In this document: positions 1 to 12,988 of the stretch, piece by piece | Numbering within the stretch: the stretch's first letter is position 1 | Layout of the letters: the number at the start of each line of letters is the position of its first letter | Assembly (NCBI GenBank): GCA_050613775.1 | Contig: JBODTK010000101.1 | Span: 558,001-608,069 of the forward strand | From: Neocallimastix sp. 'constans' | Lineage: Eukaryota | Direction: 5' to 3' | DNA: 50,069 nt | Made by a program: the position numbers and the translations under genes | The notes under the pieces: model-generated | Seen by the model: only the letters and a program-made list of their open reading frames with translations | Databases searched by the model: none | What the model was told of the DNA's origin: nothing

Positions 1-1
1 T

Positions 2-637
2 GGTATGTATCCTGGTTTAGATCCACAAAACTATCCAACAAAACCATACACATCCTACCTCAATATTAATTGGAAACAATTAAATCAAAATGAATTTGAT
101 ACGGAGACTCGTGTTATTGTTGATAAATTAATTGGTTGTGGAGGTGTTGCTGAAACCTGTACTACAAAGCAATTATTTGAAGATCATTTAAAATCTATTG
201 TTCAACATATTTTCAACCCAGTTGCTATGAAAAGAAAGACAGATGGTTACAAAGACCGTTTAACTGAAGAAATGCAATGGGATTTAAGTTTAACACGTTT
301 ATACATTGCATTAAATTCACAATATCAATTTACTATGGATGATTTTATCAATAATATTAATACTGGTCAATATTTAGGAAGTAAGTTTTTCTGGGGTATT
401 TTAGATTGGACTGAAACCATTTGTAACACTGTTTGTACACAATTTGGTATTACTTATGATAAAACAGCTTATACACCTGAAACGGCTGCTGCTGTTAAAG
501 AAGAGACCAAACCTATTGATCCAGGAACCACTTATGATCCAGAAGCTAATCTTAACAGTGGTTCAGTTATGCCAATTGCAAATGCAGCTTTAACAATAAT
601 AGCTATTATTATCAGTCTTTCAGTAATTTTTAATTAA
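2..637 (+). CDS. C-terminal part of a CotH-family (spore-coat kinase-like) secreted protein with a probable GPI-anchor/hydrophobic tail; 5' end lies outside the window
   Basis: The frame is open from the window edge. The segments LFEDHLKSIVQHIFNPVAM, RLTEEMQWD, FTMDDF and WGILDW resemble the C-terminus of fungal CotH proteins as I recall them. They are followed by a T/P/E linker, NSG, and a terminal hydrophobic stretch (ALTIIAIIISLSVIF). Confidence 0.7.
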   Translation, partial: GMYPGLDPQNYPTKPYTSYLNINWKQLNQNEFDTETRVIVDKLIGCGGVAETCTTKQLFEDHLKSIVQHIFNPVAMKRKTDGYKDRLTEEMQWDLSLTRLYIALNSQYQFTMDDFINNINTGQYLGSKFFWGILDWTETICNTVCTQFGITYDKTAYTPETAAAVKEETKPIDPGTTYDPEANLNSGSVMPIANAALTIIAIIISLSVIFN

Positions 638-1349
638 TAAGAAAAAGAATGAAGATTAATATGAATTCATAAAGTATATTTAACCGAAAAAAAAAAATAA
701 AAATAATAAAAAAAAAATACATATATATAATATATATTATATTAATATTGGAATGAAAATACATGAATATCGTTACTATCGATAATATCATATAATAAAT
801 AAAATATAAAAAAAAAAAAAAAAAATGAAAAAAAACAAAAAAATCTATAAAAATATAGAAAATATCAAATATTTCCGAATATATAATATAATATAATTAT
901 TTTTTCATCAAATAATATTATTTATTAAAACATAAAAATATAAAACATGTAAATAAAAAATAAATAAAATAAAAATAAAAAAAAAAAAAAATTATATTTA
1001 TAAAATAATTATTATTTATTAAAAGTAATACATTAATAAAAGTTATATAGTATATAAATGAATAAATAATATATATTATATAATTTTTTTTATTATAAAA
1101 ATTATATAATATATATATTTATTCATTTATAAAGTAATTTATAGGAAAAAAGTTTTTTATAAATTTTAATTTGATTACTATGTAGATAATTAAAGATTTT
1201 ATATATAAATAATTAAATAATTTATTAATATTTATTTTTTTTTTTAATTAAAATAAACAAATAAAAAAAAAAAAAAAAAAAAAAAAATAAAACTATAATT
1301 TAAAATTTATTTATTAAATATTAAAATATTTTAGTTAAAGTCTAAGATT

Positions 1350-2291
1350 TTTTAAAATACTGAGTAAGAATTTAAAAGGTGTAAAAATGATCAATTAATT
1401 ATTTAAATACCTACTTTTGTCACATTACTCATGGACTAAAGAATCAAGGACTTTGGATAAGAAATTAAATGGTAAAAAATCAAGTGAAATAAAAAAGGTT
1501 TATTGGGAAAGAGATGTCTTCAAATTCTCAAAAGCTAAAAAAGCAATTATTTACAAGAATAATGATTTTGGATTTATTTCAGAAATAAAAGACTTAACAT
1601 TTCAATATACTAAGTATCAATTGGGATTCTTTTGGATTTCTCGAATTAGGTTTGGTTTTAAATTTGACATTAGTATTTCCATTAAATGAAAAATAGTCTC
1701 AGAAGATTGCCCTAAATGTTGCCCATGTTGTGGTGTTAGTATAGCTAACTTTTCTCACTGGATCTTTGCCTGTAAAGAATTGGAAAATTACAGAAATAAA
1801 TCTTTATGAAGTTTGCAATGATAATTGAACAAAAATCCTTGAATGTTTCTTTAGATTCAGAAAAGGATTATGATAATAATATTTATTACTTTATATTGAG
1901 TGCTTTTCTTGGCAGGCGTTCAATATATGAAAAAATTAAACATATTGATGGGGAACAAAGACAATTAGTTGTCAATATTTTTAAACAAAGTTCAACTTCG
2001 TCGACTGTTCCGTATTTTGTGGAGATTGCAGAGTTTCTAACAAACGTAATACCATTAATTTGTCGATCTTTTATTAAATTGATGATGAACTTGCATTTAG
2101 TTGAATCTACCATTGCTAAGAGCGTCGACCTCGAAATGATAAGGTATAAATTTTCACCTCCATGTGAAAGGTCTGATACAGATTTGTTTGATAACACTAA
2201 TACTGAAACTATTACTCCCAATAATGGACGTGGTGTTATCATCGATGAATGGGAAAAGTTAGAAACTATTGCTTCTAACGTACTTTTATAA
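1350..2291 (+). pseudogene. Decayed 3' fragment of a non-LTR retrotransposon (LINE) ORF2 with a C-terminal CCHC zinc motif
   Basis: Reading through the TGA at 1687-1689 in the frame of ORF 1417 gives KIVSEDCPKCCPCCGVSIANFSHWIFAC, a CX2CX8HX4C motif at 1720-1773. It is preceded by WISRIRFG, like the LxRLRxG motif found before LINE zinc knuckles. Stops and frameshifts are present. Related sequence recurs near 40600-40690 and 41190-41350. Confidence 0.6.
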
Positions 2292-3579
2292 TTAAATAAT
2301 ATATAATATTTTATTTCATGTATTTTATTTTTTCTTCATAATTCATGTAATTTTATTATTATTATAAATTAAATAAAGTTTTCTATAAGTCTAAATAAAA
2401 AAAAATTATTTAAATATTATATTTTATTTTTAATCTTAAATAATTATTCTTTATGTCTTTTTAATTATTTATTTTATTTTTTTATATATTTAAAATTATT
2501 ATTAGTTTTATTTGTATTTTGAAAATTATAAAACATGTGATAAAATATTTTATTTTTTAAAGCTTTAATTTTAAATTTTAATGTATATTTATTATTATAT
2601 ATTTATATAATTTATTAATATTTTTTTTTTTTTAAAAAAAAATTTATTTTTAAATTTATTTATTTATTTATTATAATTTTATTTATTTAAATTATATATA
2701 TTATTTATTTGTTTTATTATTAATTAATTTATTTATTAATTTTTAAAAAAAAATTTAAGAAATGAAACTTTTTCGAAATACTCATTAATTATAAAGCTAT
2801 ATTAATTAATTATTATTTAAAACTATTATTATTGTTATTTATTTATTGATAATATTTAGATAATACTCAACTATTGAATAATGAAATATATCATCTAAAT
2901 GAATATAAAAGTAATATAAAGAAAAAAAAAATTTATTAACATAAAAATAATTTAAAATCATAGTAAAATTTTAAAGATTCTAGATACTTTATAATAAAAA
3001 TTTAAGAAAAAGTATATATTAAACATTTAAAAATAAATTTCATAAAAATGTTATTTTTAAATACTTTTTTCTTTTTTTCTGCGACTTTATATATTTCAAT
3101 TTATAAATCCAAAAAGTATTTTAATATATATAACTAAATAAATATATATCAATGAAATTTTTAATTATAAATAGTTTTATATAAAGAATAAATATATTTT
3201 TGAATAAAAAAAAAGGTATTATTAAAAAAATATAATAATAATGATTATAATACTTAATAATAATATTTAATAATAATATTTAATAATAATATTTAGTAAT
3301 ATTTAATAAGAATAATAAAAAATTTTTTAACAGATTTGTTTATACGTACTAAATTAGAGAATATAATAAAGTTGTAAAACACAATGAGGTTTTTCTAATA
3401 GTGATTTATTCAATTTATTCCATTTACAACCCTCAAAATTCTGGAGTTTGAAAGGTAGCCTATAAAATATTAAAATAAAAATATAAATATAGATTAAATT
3501 TTTTATATGATTATTCAAAAAATAATAATAATAATAATAATAATAATATAAATAAATATTAAAATTTAGCATAAAATAA

Positions 3580-3613
<34 letters not shown>

Positions 3614-4064
3614 AATAAAATATATATATGTAAATTAAATTTTTTATTTATTTTTAATATATGCTATTAAAATAACTAAAATAGTAATAAATAAATACAC
3701 ATATATAATTTTAATTCAGAATAATCAAAAAGAAGATTAATTCTAAATAGAAATTCAATTATCAGATAGTTGTATTTTTTACAAAGATGATTTTAAATTT
3801 ATACTATCTTATTTCTGTCATCTTATATATAGTTGTAATGAAATTGCTCATGCTATAGATAATCTTGTTCATGAATTAGTTACTGTTTCGTATTTATGCT
3901 AGTGATAGTACTGACAGTGGCCTTATAATTTTACAAGAAGATGTTTCAACTAAAAGACTTATTAAAGCAACTTTCTATTACATACATAAATTATTTATTT
4001 TAAATAGTATATTTTAATTAATTATGATATATTTAATACATTATAAAATAGAATATAATATAAT

Positions 4065-4290
4065 ATATCAAATATAAAAAATTTATATATATAAAAAAAA
4101 ATAATAAAGTAAAAATAAAAAGAGAAAAAAAGGAAAAATAAAAGATATTACATACAATTTCAAATATAAAAAATTTATATATATATATAAAAAATAATAA
4201 AGTAAAAATAAAAAGAAAAAAAAAAAGGAAAAATAAAAGATATTACATATAATTTCAAATATAAAAAATTTATATATATAAAAAAAATGA
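4065..4290. repeat. Short tandem duplication (about 95-bp unit, 2+ copies)
   Basis: TCAAATATAAAAAATTTATATATATAAAAAAAAATAATAAAGTAAAAATAAAAAGA...GGAAAAATAAAAGATATTACATA is repeated. Confidence 0.75.
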
Positions 4291-4333
4291 AATTGTGTAA
4301 AGTACAAATTTTATAGAATTTATTTTAGTATCG

Positions 4334-4378
<45 letters not shown>

Positions 4379-4379
4379 T

Positions 4380-4718
4380 CTCTAATTCTTAGAAATTAAA
4401 TAAAACCAATAAACAAAATATTATCATTTCATAAATATTTACTAGATTTATATTTCATTCTAGAAAAAGGTAGTAATATTTTGAAATGGATTAAATTTTA
4501 TTTATAATTACTTTTTAAACTTTTTATATAAATATAATATTATTCTTTTATTGTTAATAATAATAATAATAATAATATAAAAATATTATTAGAAATTTTA
4601 AAAAACCATTTCAAATATAATTTACTTATATCATATATCTATAACAAAATAATAATTATAATAAATATTTATATAATCATTTTTGTTTATTGGTTTCAAA
4701 TAATTTCATTAATTAGAG
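4380..4718. repeat. Imperfect inverted repeat / foldback (MITE-like) element
   Basis: 4380-4440 (CTCTAATT..GAAATTA..AAACCAATAAACAAAA..ATAAATATTT) is the approximate reverse complement of 4661-4718. There is also an inner pair, TTTGAAATGG / CCATTTCAAA. Confidence 0.5.
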
Positions 4719-4917
4719 TTTTAAAATAATTTTAAAAGTAAAAAAATTCACAGTTTCAAATATTTTTAAGAATTTATTTATTTATTTAATACAATTAATA
4801 TAAATTGTACATATTTACTCATTTTATTAAATTATATTGTATATCTTTTTTTTTTTTTTTTTTTTAGAATAAATAAACTTTATTAGTATTAGAATTATAA
4901 TAATAATTATTATTACT

Positions 4918-4969
4918 ATTAACCTTCATTTTTTTATATTTCATTTAATTAATAAATATATATGTAATT

Positions 4970-5013
<44 letters not shown>

Positions 5014-5130
5014 AATAAACTTATATATATTTAATCTTATTATCAATAATAAAATAAAAAATAAAAAAAAACAAGTTTAATTACATATATATTTATTAAT
5101 TAAATAAAATATAAAAAAATGAAGTTTAAT
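4918..5130. repeat. Near-perfect inverted repeat of about 58 bp (MITE-like foldback)
   Basis: 4918-4975 matches the reverse complement of 5073-5130 with about 2 mismatches. The arms continue inward as poly-T and A-rich tracts. Confidence 0.65.
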
Positions 5131-5737
5131 TATATGTATTATATAACTATAAATAAATATTAATATTTAATTGATATAAAAAGATAGTATTTTATCCATC
5201 TTTGAAATTAATTAATCCTAAATTAATTAATCCTAATACTATACTAGTATTTATACTAATACTAATACTAAAACTGATAATAATAATTATTATTATAATT
5301 CTAATACTAATAATAATAATATTGTTAATAGTAACAATAGTTACATGATCAATTAAATATAAATTTTATTTGATAAAAGAAAAAGTTTAATTATATATAT
5401 AATTGCATATGTGTTTATTGAAATTGAAATAAAAGTTGGGAATTAGGTTCAATAATCAATAATAATAACAAATAAAAAATATTATTTATTAAACTTCTTG
5501 ATTTTAATAAATAGGATATTATTTAATTTGAATATTATTAATAGACAAAAGCAGTAAAAGGTATAGTGAATCCTATGTATTATATTAATATAAATAAATT
5601 GAACTATTAACTTTTTTTTTTAAATTTATATTATTTCAATATAAATACTTTGATATGTATATTTTTCATATAAAATATTTTATAAAAAATATATGGATAT
5701 ATAAATAGAAAGTTTATTTAATAATTAAATCATTAAT

Positions 5738-5778
<41 letters not shown>

Positions 5779-7303
5779 TTTAATATTTTTTGGTAATGAA
5801 AAAAAAAATTTTCAATTAATTTTATTGTGTAATAATTTATTTTACTGATTTAACAGGGGTAAAAAAAAAATATTAAAATAAGAGAATTCATTAATATTCT
5901 TATTTTATACATAGATACATTTTAATAAAACATAATATCATATCAACTATTTATATACTATTTCTTTTAATTAAAATTTATTTGACATATTATAGAAATA
6001 AATTTTTTAATATGTATATTTTTGGAAGTTTTAAAGCTTAGGACTGTATAAAAGTTTTTGGTCACAAAAATTGAATTATGGATTATTTTTAAATTACTAA
6101 ACAAATTTATAAATAAATAAATAAATAAATATAATAAATATAATAAATAAACATTTGTTTATGAATCAATATAAATATATTTTATGATATATTGTACATA
6201 AATAATTTATCAGTATATGCTAAATATTTCTTATAATAATTAAACTTTCTAATAAAATATCTTTTAAAGTTAACCCAGATAATGGTTAATATTATTTCAC
6301 ATGGTTAATAGTAATAATATTATATAGATTTTTTAAAAAATTATCATCATTACTATATAGGTATAACATTAACTGTATTGTTAATAATTATTTTTTAAGT
6401 ATTTTGTAGAAAATTTCGATTTTTTTTTTAAATATGATAAACAATACATGAATAATAAATAAATAAATAAATAAAATTTAGTTAACATTTTTTAACATTT
6501 TATATTTTTAATTATATATTTTCTTTTTAATATTTTTTATTTTTCTACTGTATTATTATTTGTTCAACTTTTATAAGTTATTTTTTTTGGATTGTTTTTT
6601 TTTTTTCTATTTCAAAAAATATCATTTTTAATTTTTTTATTAAATTAAAACATTAAACTTTATTATTTATACTTTAATTCAAATAAATTAAAAATGAATA
6701 AAATATTAAAAATATTACAAAATAAAGTTTTTAATTAAAATTAATATTTATTTTTATTTTTTTTTTTTTTTTAAATAATCACAAAATCAAATCTTGGTTA
6801 ACCAACTAGTTTTTGAATATTAATTATATATATTTATAGTCAGGAATTTATGGTCTATAATTATGTCAACTTTATTTATATATTTTATGATAATATGTTG
6901 TATTATTTATTCTAAATTAAATGATTTTTATATTAGTACATTGTGGCTTATACTTTATTTATATTACAAAAAATTTAAATATATTTGAAGCTTGTTTTTA
7001 CATATTCTAACAATATATATTATTAATTTTGGAAATATTTTTTTATATTCTAATATAGATAGTATAAATTATTAAACATTATTTTATATCATATCTTTTT
7101 TTTTTTTTTTTTTTGAAAAATGATTTAAAAATCAAAGGAATAAAAAATATTTATTTCATCTATTATTATAATGCTAATTGCTTAATCAAAACCTATTTAT
7201 AATAATTATTAAAAAAAAATACGGTTAGCGGTCAAAAAAAAATTTTTTTTTTTCTTTATTATATAATGGAAGCGTTTTTTTATATTCTGTATGATTTAAA
7301 AAT

Positions 7304-8160
7304 TATTTTTAATATATATGGTGGAATACATATCAAAAAAAGAAATATTAAAATTTAGTATTGCCAATTTTAATTCATACAATTTAATTTTTTTCTTCTA
7401 ATTAATAAAATTATATATATTTAATCCTTTTAAAAATTTATATCATTTATTATTATTATTATTAATATTATTATTATTATTAATATTATTATTATTATTA
7501 ATATTATTATTATAATTACTTATTATCACTATTATTAATTGTTATTACTATTACTATTATTATTATTCATTATTACTATTACTATTATTATTATTCATTA
7601 TTATTATTATTATTATTATTCATTATTACTATTATTACTATTATTATTATTCATTATTACTATTATTATTTTTATTATTTTTAATATATATGGTGGAATA
7701 CATATCAAAAAAAGAAATATTAAAATTTAGTATTGCCAATTTTAATTCATACAATTTAATTTTTTTCTTCTAATTAATAAAATTATATATATTTAATCCT
7801 TTTAAAAATTTATATCATTTATTATTATTATTATTAATATTATTATTATTATTAATATTATTATTATTATTAATATTATTATTATTATTAATATTATTAT
7901 TATTATTAATATTATTATTATTATTAATATTATTATTATAATTACTTATTATCACTATTATTAATTGTTATTACTATTACTATTATTATTATTCATTATT
8001 ACTATTACTATTATTATTATTCATTATTATTATTATTATTATTATTCATTATTACTATTATTACTATTATTATTATTCATTATTACTATTATTATTTTTA
8101 TTATTATTATTATTATTCATTATTACTATTATTATTATTTATTATTATCATTATTATTAT
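7304..8160. repeat. Tandem duplication of a unit of about 372 bp containing (ATT)n microsatellite
   Basis: AATATATATGGTGGAATACATATCAAAAAAAGAAATATTAAAATTTAGTATTGCC occurs near 7311 and 7683 with matching downstream sequence. The second copy has expanded ATT arrays. Confidence 0.85.
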
Positions 8161-10637
8161 TGATTTATTAAAAAATCTTTTAAAGGTATACATTAATATA
8201 ATATCATAAATTAAAATTATTATTAGTTAATGTTTTGTAACGACTATAAAACTATTTTTGATATTTAATAAATATTTAATTTAGCATGAATTTTCCAGGG
8301 TGAAATTAATAATTATATATATAATATTATATATTCATTCAAAATCAAGATATTTATTACTATATTTATTTGATATAAATATTAAATAAAAATAAACATT
8401 TCATATAATTATTTGTACAACCATATCCATTATTATATAAAAAATATTTTATATCATTATATTTTTCACAACTTTATAAGAAGAAATAATTAATTAGTAA
8501 AAATTATATTAATTTTATGAAGTGCCATGCTTGTCATTAATATATTAAATATATTAATCAAAAAAATTAATATTAAATATTAATTACGATTATTATTATT
8601 ATTATTTTAAAAAAAAAATTTTTTTTATTTTTTTTGTTTTTAAATTTTTTTATTAATTTTTTTTCTTTATAATTACAGTATTTGGTTATTATTTTTGAGA
8701 GAAGCATAATTACAACAGAGCAAGAATTTTGTAACAATATTTATAGTTCAATCATATATTGACCTAATTTTTAAAATATATTGAATATATAAATAATATC
8801 ATTATTTTAATACTACAAATAATTATTACTTTATTTATTTATTATTTTTTTTTAAAAAAAAATATTTTTATTATATTTCATATATAAATTTATTTCTTTC
8901 ATATTAATTATTAAAAGAAGGTATTTGGTCATCATTTCTACAAGAGACAAAATTACAAACAAGGGTTTAACAGAGAAATATTTATTTAATAAAGGAAAAA
9001 TATTTTATATTTAATTCGTTTTAACTTTTCGTAATATTATTTTTAAATTAATAAAATTTTATACTTCATATAAATAAAAAGCTGAAACTTACGTAAATAG
9101 AAATTATATTATGAAATATTAAGAAGAAATGGCTAAATAAAGCATTTATGTATAAAAAATTAATGAAACAAAAAAAAAAAAAATGAAGGGTTAATAAAAT
9201 TAAAATACTTCTATAATATTATTTTTATTAATTTTTTATAATTTTAAAAAAAAAAAACGTTTATCTATAATATTATTTCCATTAATTTTTTATCATTTAA
9301 AAATAAAAAAAAAAACGTTTATTAAGTTATATCAAATAATTAATAATTTATTATTATTTAAAGTTTTATTATTATTAAAAAATAATAAAAAATAAAAAAA
9401 GAATACAAAATTAATATTTTATTATTCAAAATAATATAAAATATTCATTAATGTATTTTTTTCAAAAAAAGATTAAAACTTTAATAATTAATATAAAGAT
9501 CTTAGCCTATTTTAATAATAGATTTGTAAATATAATAACACTTCTTTATAGAACATTGAATTAATTTTTAGATTTTTAGATTTTGAATTTATATAAAAGT
9601 TCCAGTTCACAAATTAAATAATTTTTTATTATCTAATATAATATATTATTTATTAGAGTTCATAAATATTTAAATATAAAGATATTATATGAACCATAGT
9701 ATATAATAAATTGATTAAATAATAAAAATCCTTAGTAGATTAACTATAAAACTCTTAATAATTAAAATTTAATATAGTATTAAATATAATATTTTAAATA
9801 AATAGAAATTATTTATTTTTTTTTAATTATAACATATTGTTTTTATATGATATGTTTAATTTTATTTACTATTAAATTTGAACTTTTAAGTTAGTGGGTT
9901 AAAATAATAATTAATTTAATTTATTGAACCTATATAATATATTAATTTTATTAAATGTAAATGTTTTATATTTACTTATTTAAATTATTCTATTTATTAT
10001 TTATTATAAAATATATATTACTATGTATTTTTTTTTATTAAATATATATAAAATATATTAAATATTTAACAATATATTAGATATTAATTATTTAATATAT
10101 TTAAAACCATGAAAATTTATTACAAAAATATTAATCAGTTTAAAAAAAAAAAAAGACTAAAATATATACATATGAACAAAATAAATATAATATATTAGAA
10201 TATAGCCACTAATATATAAATTCTTTTAATGATTAATATCAACTATGATGTTCATAAATAAAGAAAATAAATAATAAATAATATATGTTAGTTTATAGTT
10301 AATATATTATAATATAAAAAGAAATATATTAAAATATATAATAGTTCTAATATAATTTATAATAAATTATAGAAGGAAAAGTTTAATAAATAATATTTTG
10401 AGATTTAATAAAAAAAAAATATGAAATAATAAATAGAATAGAATTTATTCCAGTTTTTTTTTTTTTTTTTTTTGAAAAAAAAATTAAAAATTATATATAA
10501 AAGGTAAGTTAATATATCATTTTTTTTAAGAAATATATATAAAATATATTTAAAATTTATTGTATTTTATACTAAGTTATTTTTTATTTTATTTTTTCTT
10601 TTATTTGATGATTATTAAAATCAAATATTCCTTTTAG

Positions 10638-10675
<38 letters not shown>

Positions 10676-11500
10676 AAAAAAGAAAAGAAAAAGAAAGACT
10701 TTTATAATATCAAATTAAAGCTTTCTTTTCTTTCTTTGATTCAAAAATTTTACAGTCGTATTAATAATATTTTTTAATTAATGTCAAAATAAATAACCAA
10801 TATTATATATTACATATTGTAAAATATTTTTAAACAATAAAAAAAAAAGAAAAAAACAATTATAATAAATAAATGAAAAATAAAATAAAAAAAAAAAAAA
10901 AAAAAAAAAGAGCAGAACGAAAATAATTTAAAAATATAATAAAAACAATATAAAAATATACTAAAATAAACTAAAAATTAAACTAAAAATAAACTAAAAA
11001 TAATATAAAAATAATATAAAAATAATAATAAAAAAAAAACATATAATAAAATAAATTATCAAAATATAAAAAATTCGAATATACAAATATTAACAGTAAT
11101 TTTTATATATATATAATAAACATAAAAAAAATAAAAATAAAAATAAAAATTAAAAAATTTAGTATATAATATTTTATAGTATAGAATATAGTATTACAAT
11201 ATATTAAATATAATAATAAATCAAATAAATCAGGCGTAGATATATAATTTAAATGTTAATTATATATCATTAAAATTTATTATATCATACACAATTTTCA
11301 AAAATTATTTATGAAATTATATACAATTTAGAATTAATATTTTTTTAAAAATATATTTATATCATCTTAAATAGAATTTGGTAAAAAATATATTTATTAT
11401 AATATATAATATAAAATTAATTTATAATTGAAAAAAAAAAAATTAATTAAAAACATTTCAAAAATTATTATATTTCAATTGCTAATAGAATTATAGAAAA

Positions 11501-12988
11501 ATGTCAACTTTTACATATAAAAAGGTTTCATATTTAAATGATCCTTATCAACAATATTTAATGAATAAAGGAAAAAATGAAGCAGCAAAATCAAATGACA
11601 AATATTTAAATCCAAATGCTGTGACAAAATCAACCAAAAAGGAAAATAGAACAACTAGACTATTATTAGATGTAAATGAATTTGGAATCTTCAGCAATAT
11701 TGATAGTACCGATAGAAATATTCCAAATAAAAGTAGTAGTACAGGCAACAAAGGAAATCATTTACATAATCAAAATAATACAACATCAATTAGTAATATA
11801 TCATTAGTACCACCATCATCTACTTCATTTTCAATGCAGGATGAATTTTCAGATACCATGAAGTCAAACAATCGTTCAAGTTTCATGAATCCACTTATGG
11901 ATATGAAATTTGATGTAGGAGGCTTATTTGATGATGGAGATAAGGATGGAGAAGATATTTTTGGAGATATAATGTCAAAATTTGATAGTATGGATTCTAA
12001 TAATGACACATTAAATGATCTTCAAAATCAAAAAAGATTAAATCGAAATACAATAAAAATGGAACATTCAAGAAATGGAAGTAATGATACTATAAAAGCT
12101 AGTAATTCAATTAAGGCTAGCGGTACAATAAAGGCAAGGGGAACAATTAAAGCTAGTGATTCCGTAAATGGTAGTGGAACAATAAAATCAAGTGGAACAA
12201 TAAAATCAAGTGGAACAATAAAACTTGGTCACGATAAACATGATAGTCAGGATACCATTAAAATTAGAGATAATAATATTAAAAAGGTTGATTCATTTGA
12301 TAATCAGTTAATTCAAAATTTAAATGACAAACCAGCTATTGTGGTTGATAAAACTTTTTTAAGTGATAATAATGATGAAGATGATGTTGATAATGAATCA
12401 AATAAGGGTTTTGATCCAAATATATATAAGGAAGATGAAAAATATGATTTTGCTGATTCAGATGATTGGGATAGTCCATGGAGAAGTAATAACAATAAAA
12501 GTTCACCAAGTTCTATGAAATCTTCTCAATCAAAATTATCAGCATTCTCAAGCTTTACAATTAAATCTTCTAAAAAAATAGGTAAATTAACTAAAAATAT
12601 TTACAAGAAATTTATGAAACAAAAGGAAACTCCACATTATCCAGTATCACCTCTTGATATACCCGAAAGTTATAATGAGAAAGAAAGAGCATTTGAAGAA
12701 ATGATTTTAAGGGATGATACTATTTCTTTATCATTATCTAATCCAAATGGTTCATTAACTTCCACTTTTGCTGATAAAACTTTCCCATTAACAGAAAATG
12801 TTAATGGTAACCAAAATGACAATAGTATTGAAGTAGAAAATGAATATGCTAATAAATCATTTGTTTCTACAGCTAGTAGCGAAGATAGTGATACTTATTC
12901 AGTAAAAAGAAGACATAGAAAAGGTATTAATTTTGAGGAAGCATTAAAAGAAGGAAATGGTTTTCGTGTATCTTTAGCCAATATGTAA
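11501..12988 (+). CDS. Uncharacterised Ser/Asn/Asp-rich, probably disordered protein (495 aa) with tandem (S)GTIK repeats
   Basis: Single uninterrupted 1.49-kb ORF, more GC-rich than its flanks, with an A-rich start context (AAAAATG). No domain recognised. Confidence 0.85.
   Translation: MSTFTYKKVSYLNDPYQQYLMNKGKNEAAKSNDKYLNPNAVTKSTKKENRTTRLLLDVNEFGIFSNIDSTDRNIPNKSSSTGNKGNHLHNQNNTTSISNISLVPPSSTSFSMQDEFSDTMKSNNRSSFMNPLMDMKFDVGGLFDDGDKDGEDIFGDIMSKFDSMDSNNDTLNDLQNQKRLNRNTIKMEHSRNGSNDTIKASNSIKASGTIKARGTIKASDSVNGSGTIKSSGTIKSSGTIKLGHDKHDSQDTIKIRDNNIKKVDSFDNQLIQNLNDKPAIVVDKTFLSDNNDEDDVDNESNKGFDPNIYKEDEKYDFADSDDWDSPWRSNNNKSSPSSMKSSQSKLSAFSSFTIKSSKKIGKLTKNIYKKFMKQKETPHYPVSPLDIPESYNEKERAFEEMILRDDTISLSLSNPNGSLTSTFADKTFPLTENVNGNQNDNSIEVENEYANKSFVSTASSEDSDTYSVKRRHRKGINFEEALKEGNGFRVSLANM

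Noticed and set aside
3354..3990. Possible exons or ORF 3354-3572 and a coding-like patch at 3710-3990
   Set aside because: The ORF is half microsatellite, the patch has stops, and no coherent splice model or motif emerged.
4083..8171. Short ORFs at 4083, 7539 and 7965
   Set aside because: Low-complexity translations of A/T repeats.
8690..9000. Slightly GC-richer patch reading FLQETKL, like an AP-endonuclease motif
   Set aside because: Too short, interrupted by stops, and no other endonuclease motifs nearby.
11548..12495. Minus-strand ORFs within the 495-aa gene
   Set aside because: Antisense shadows of a real CDS.
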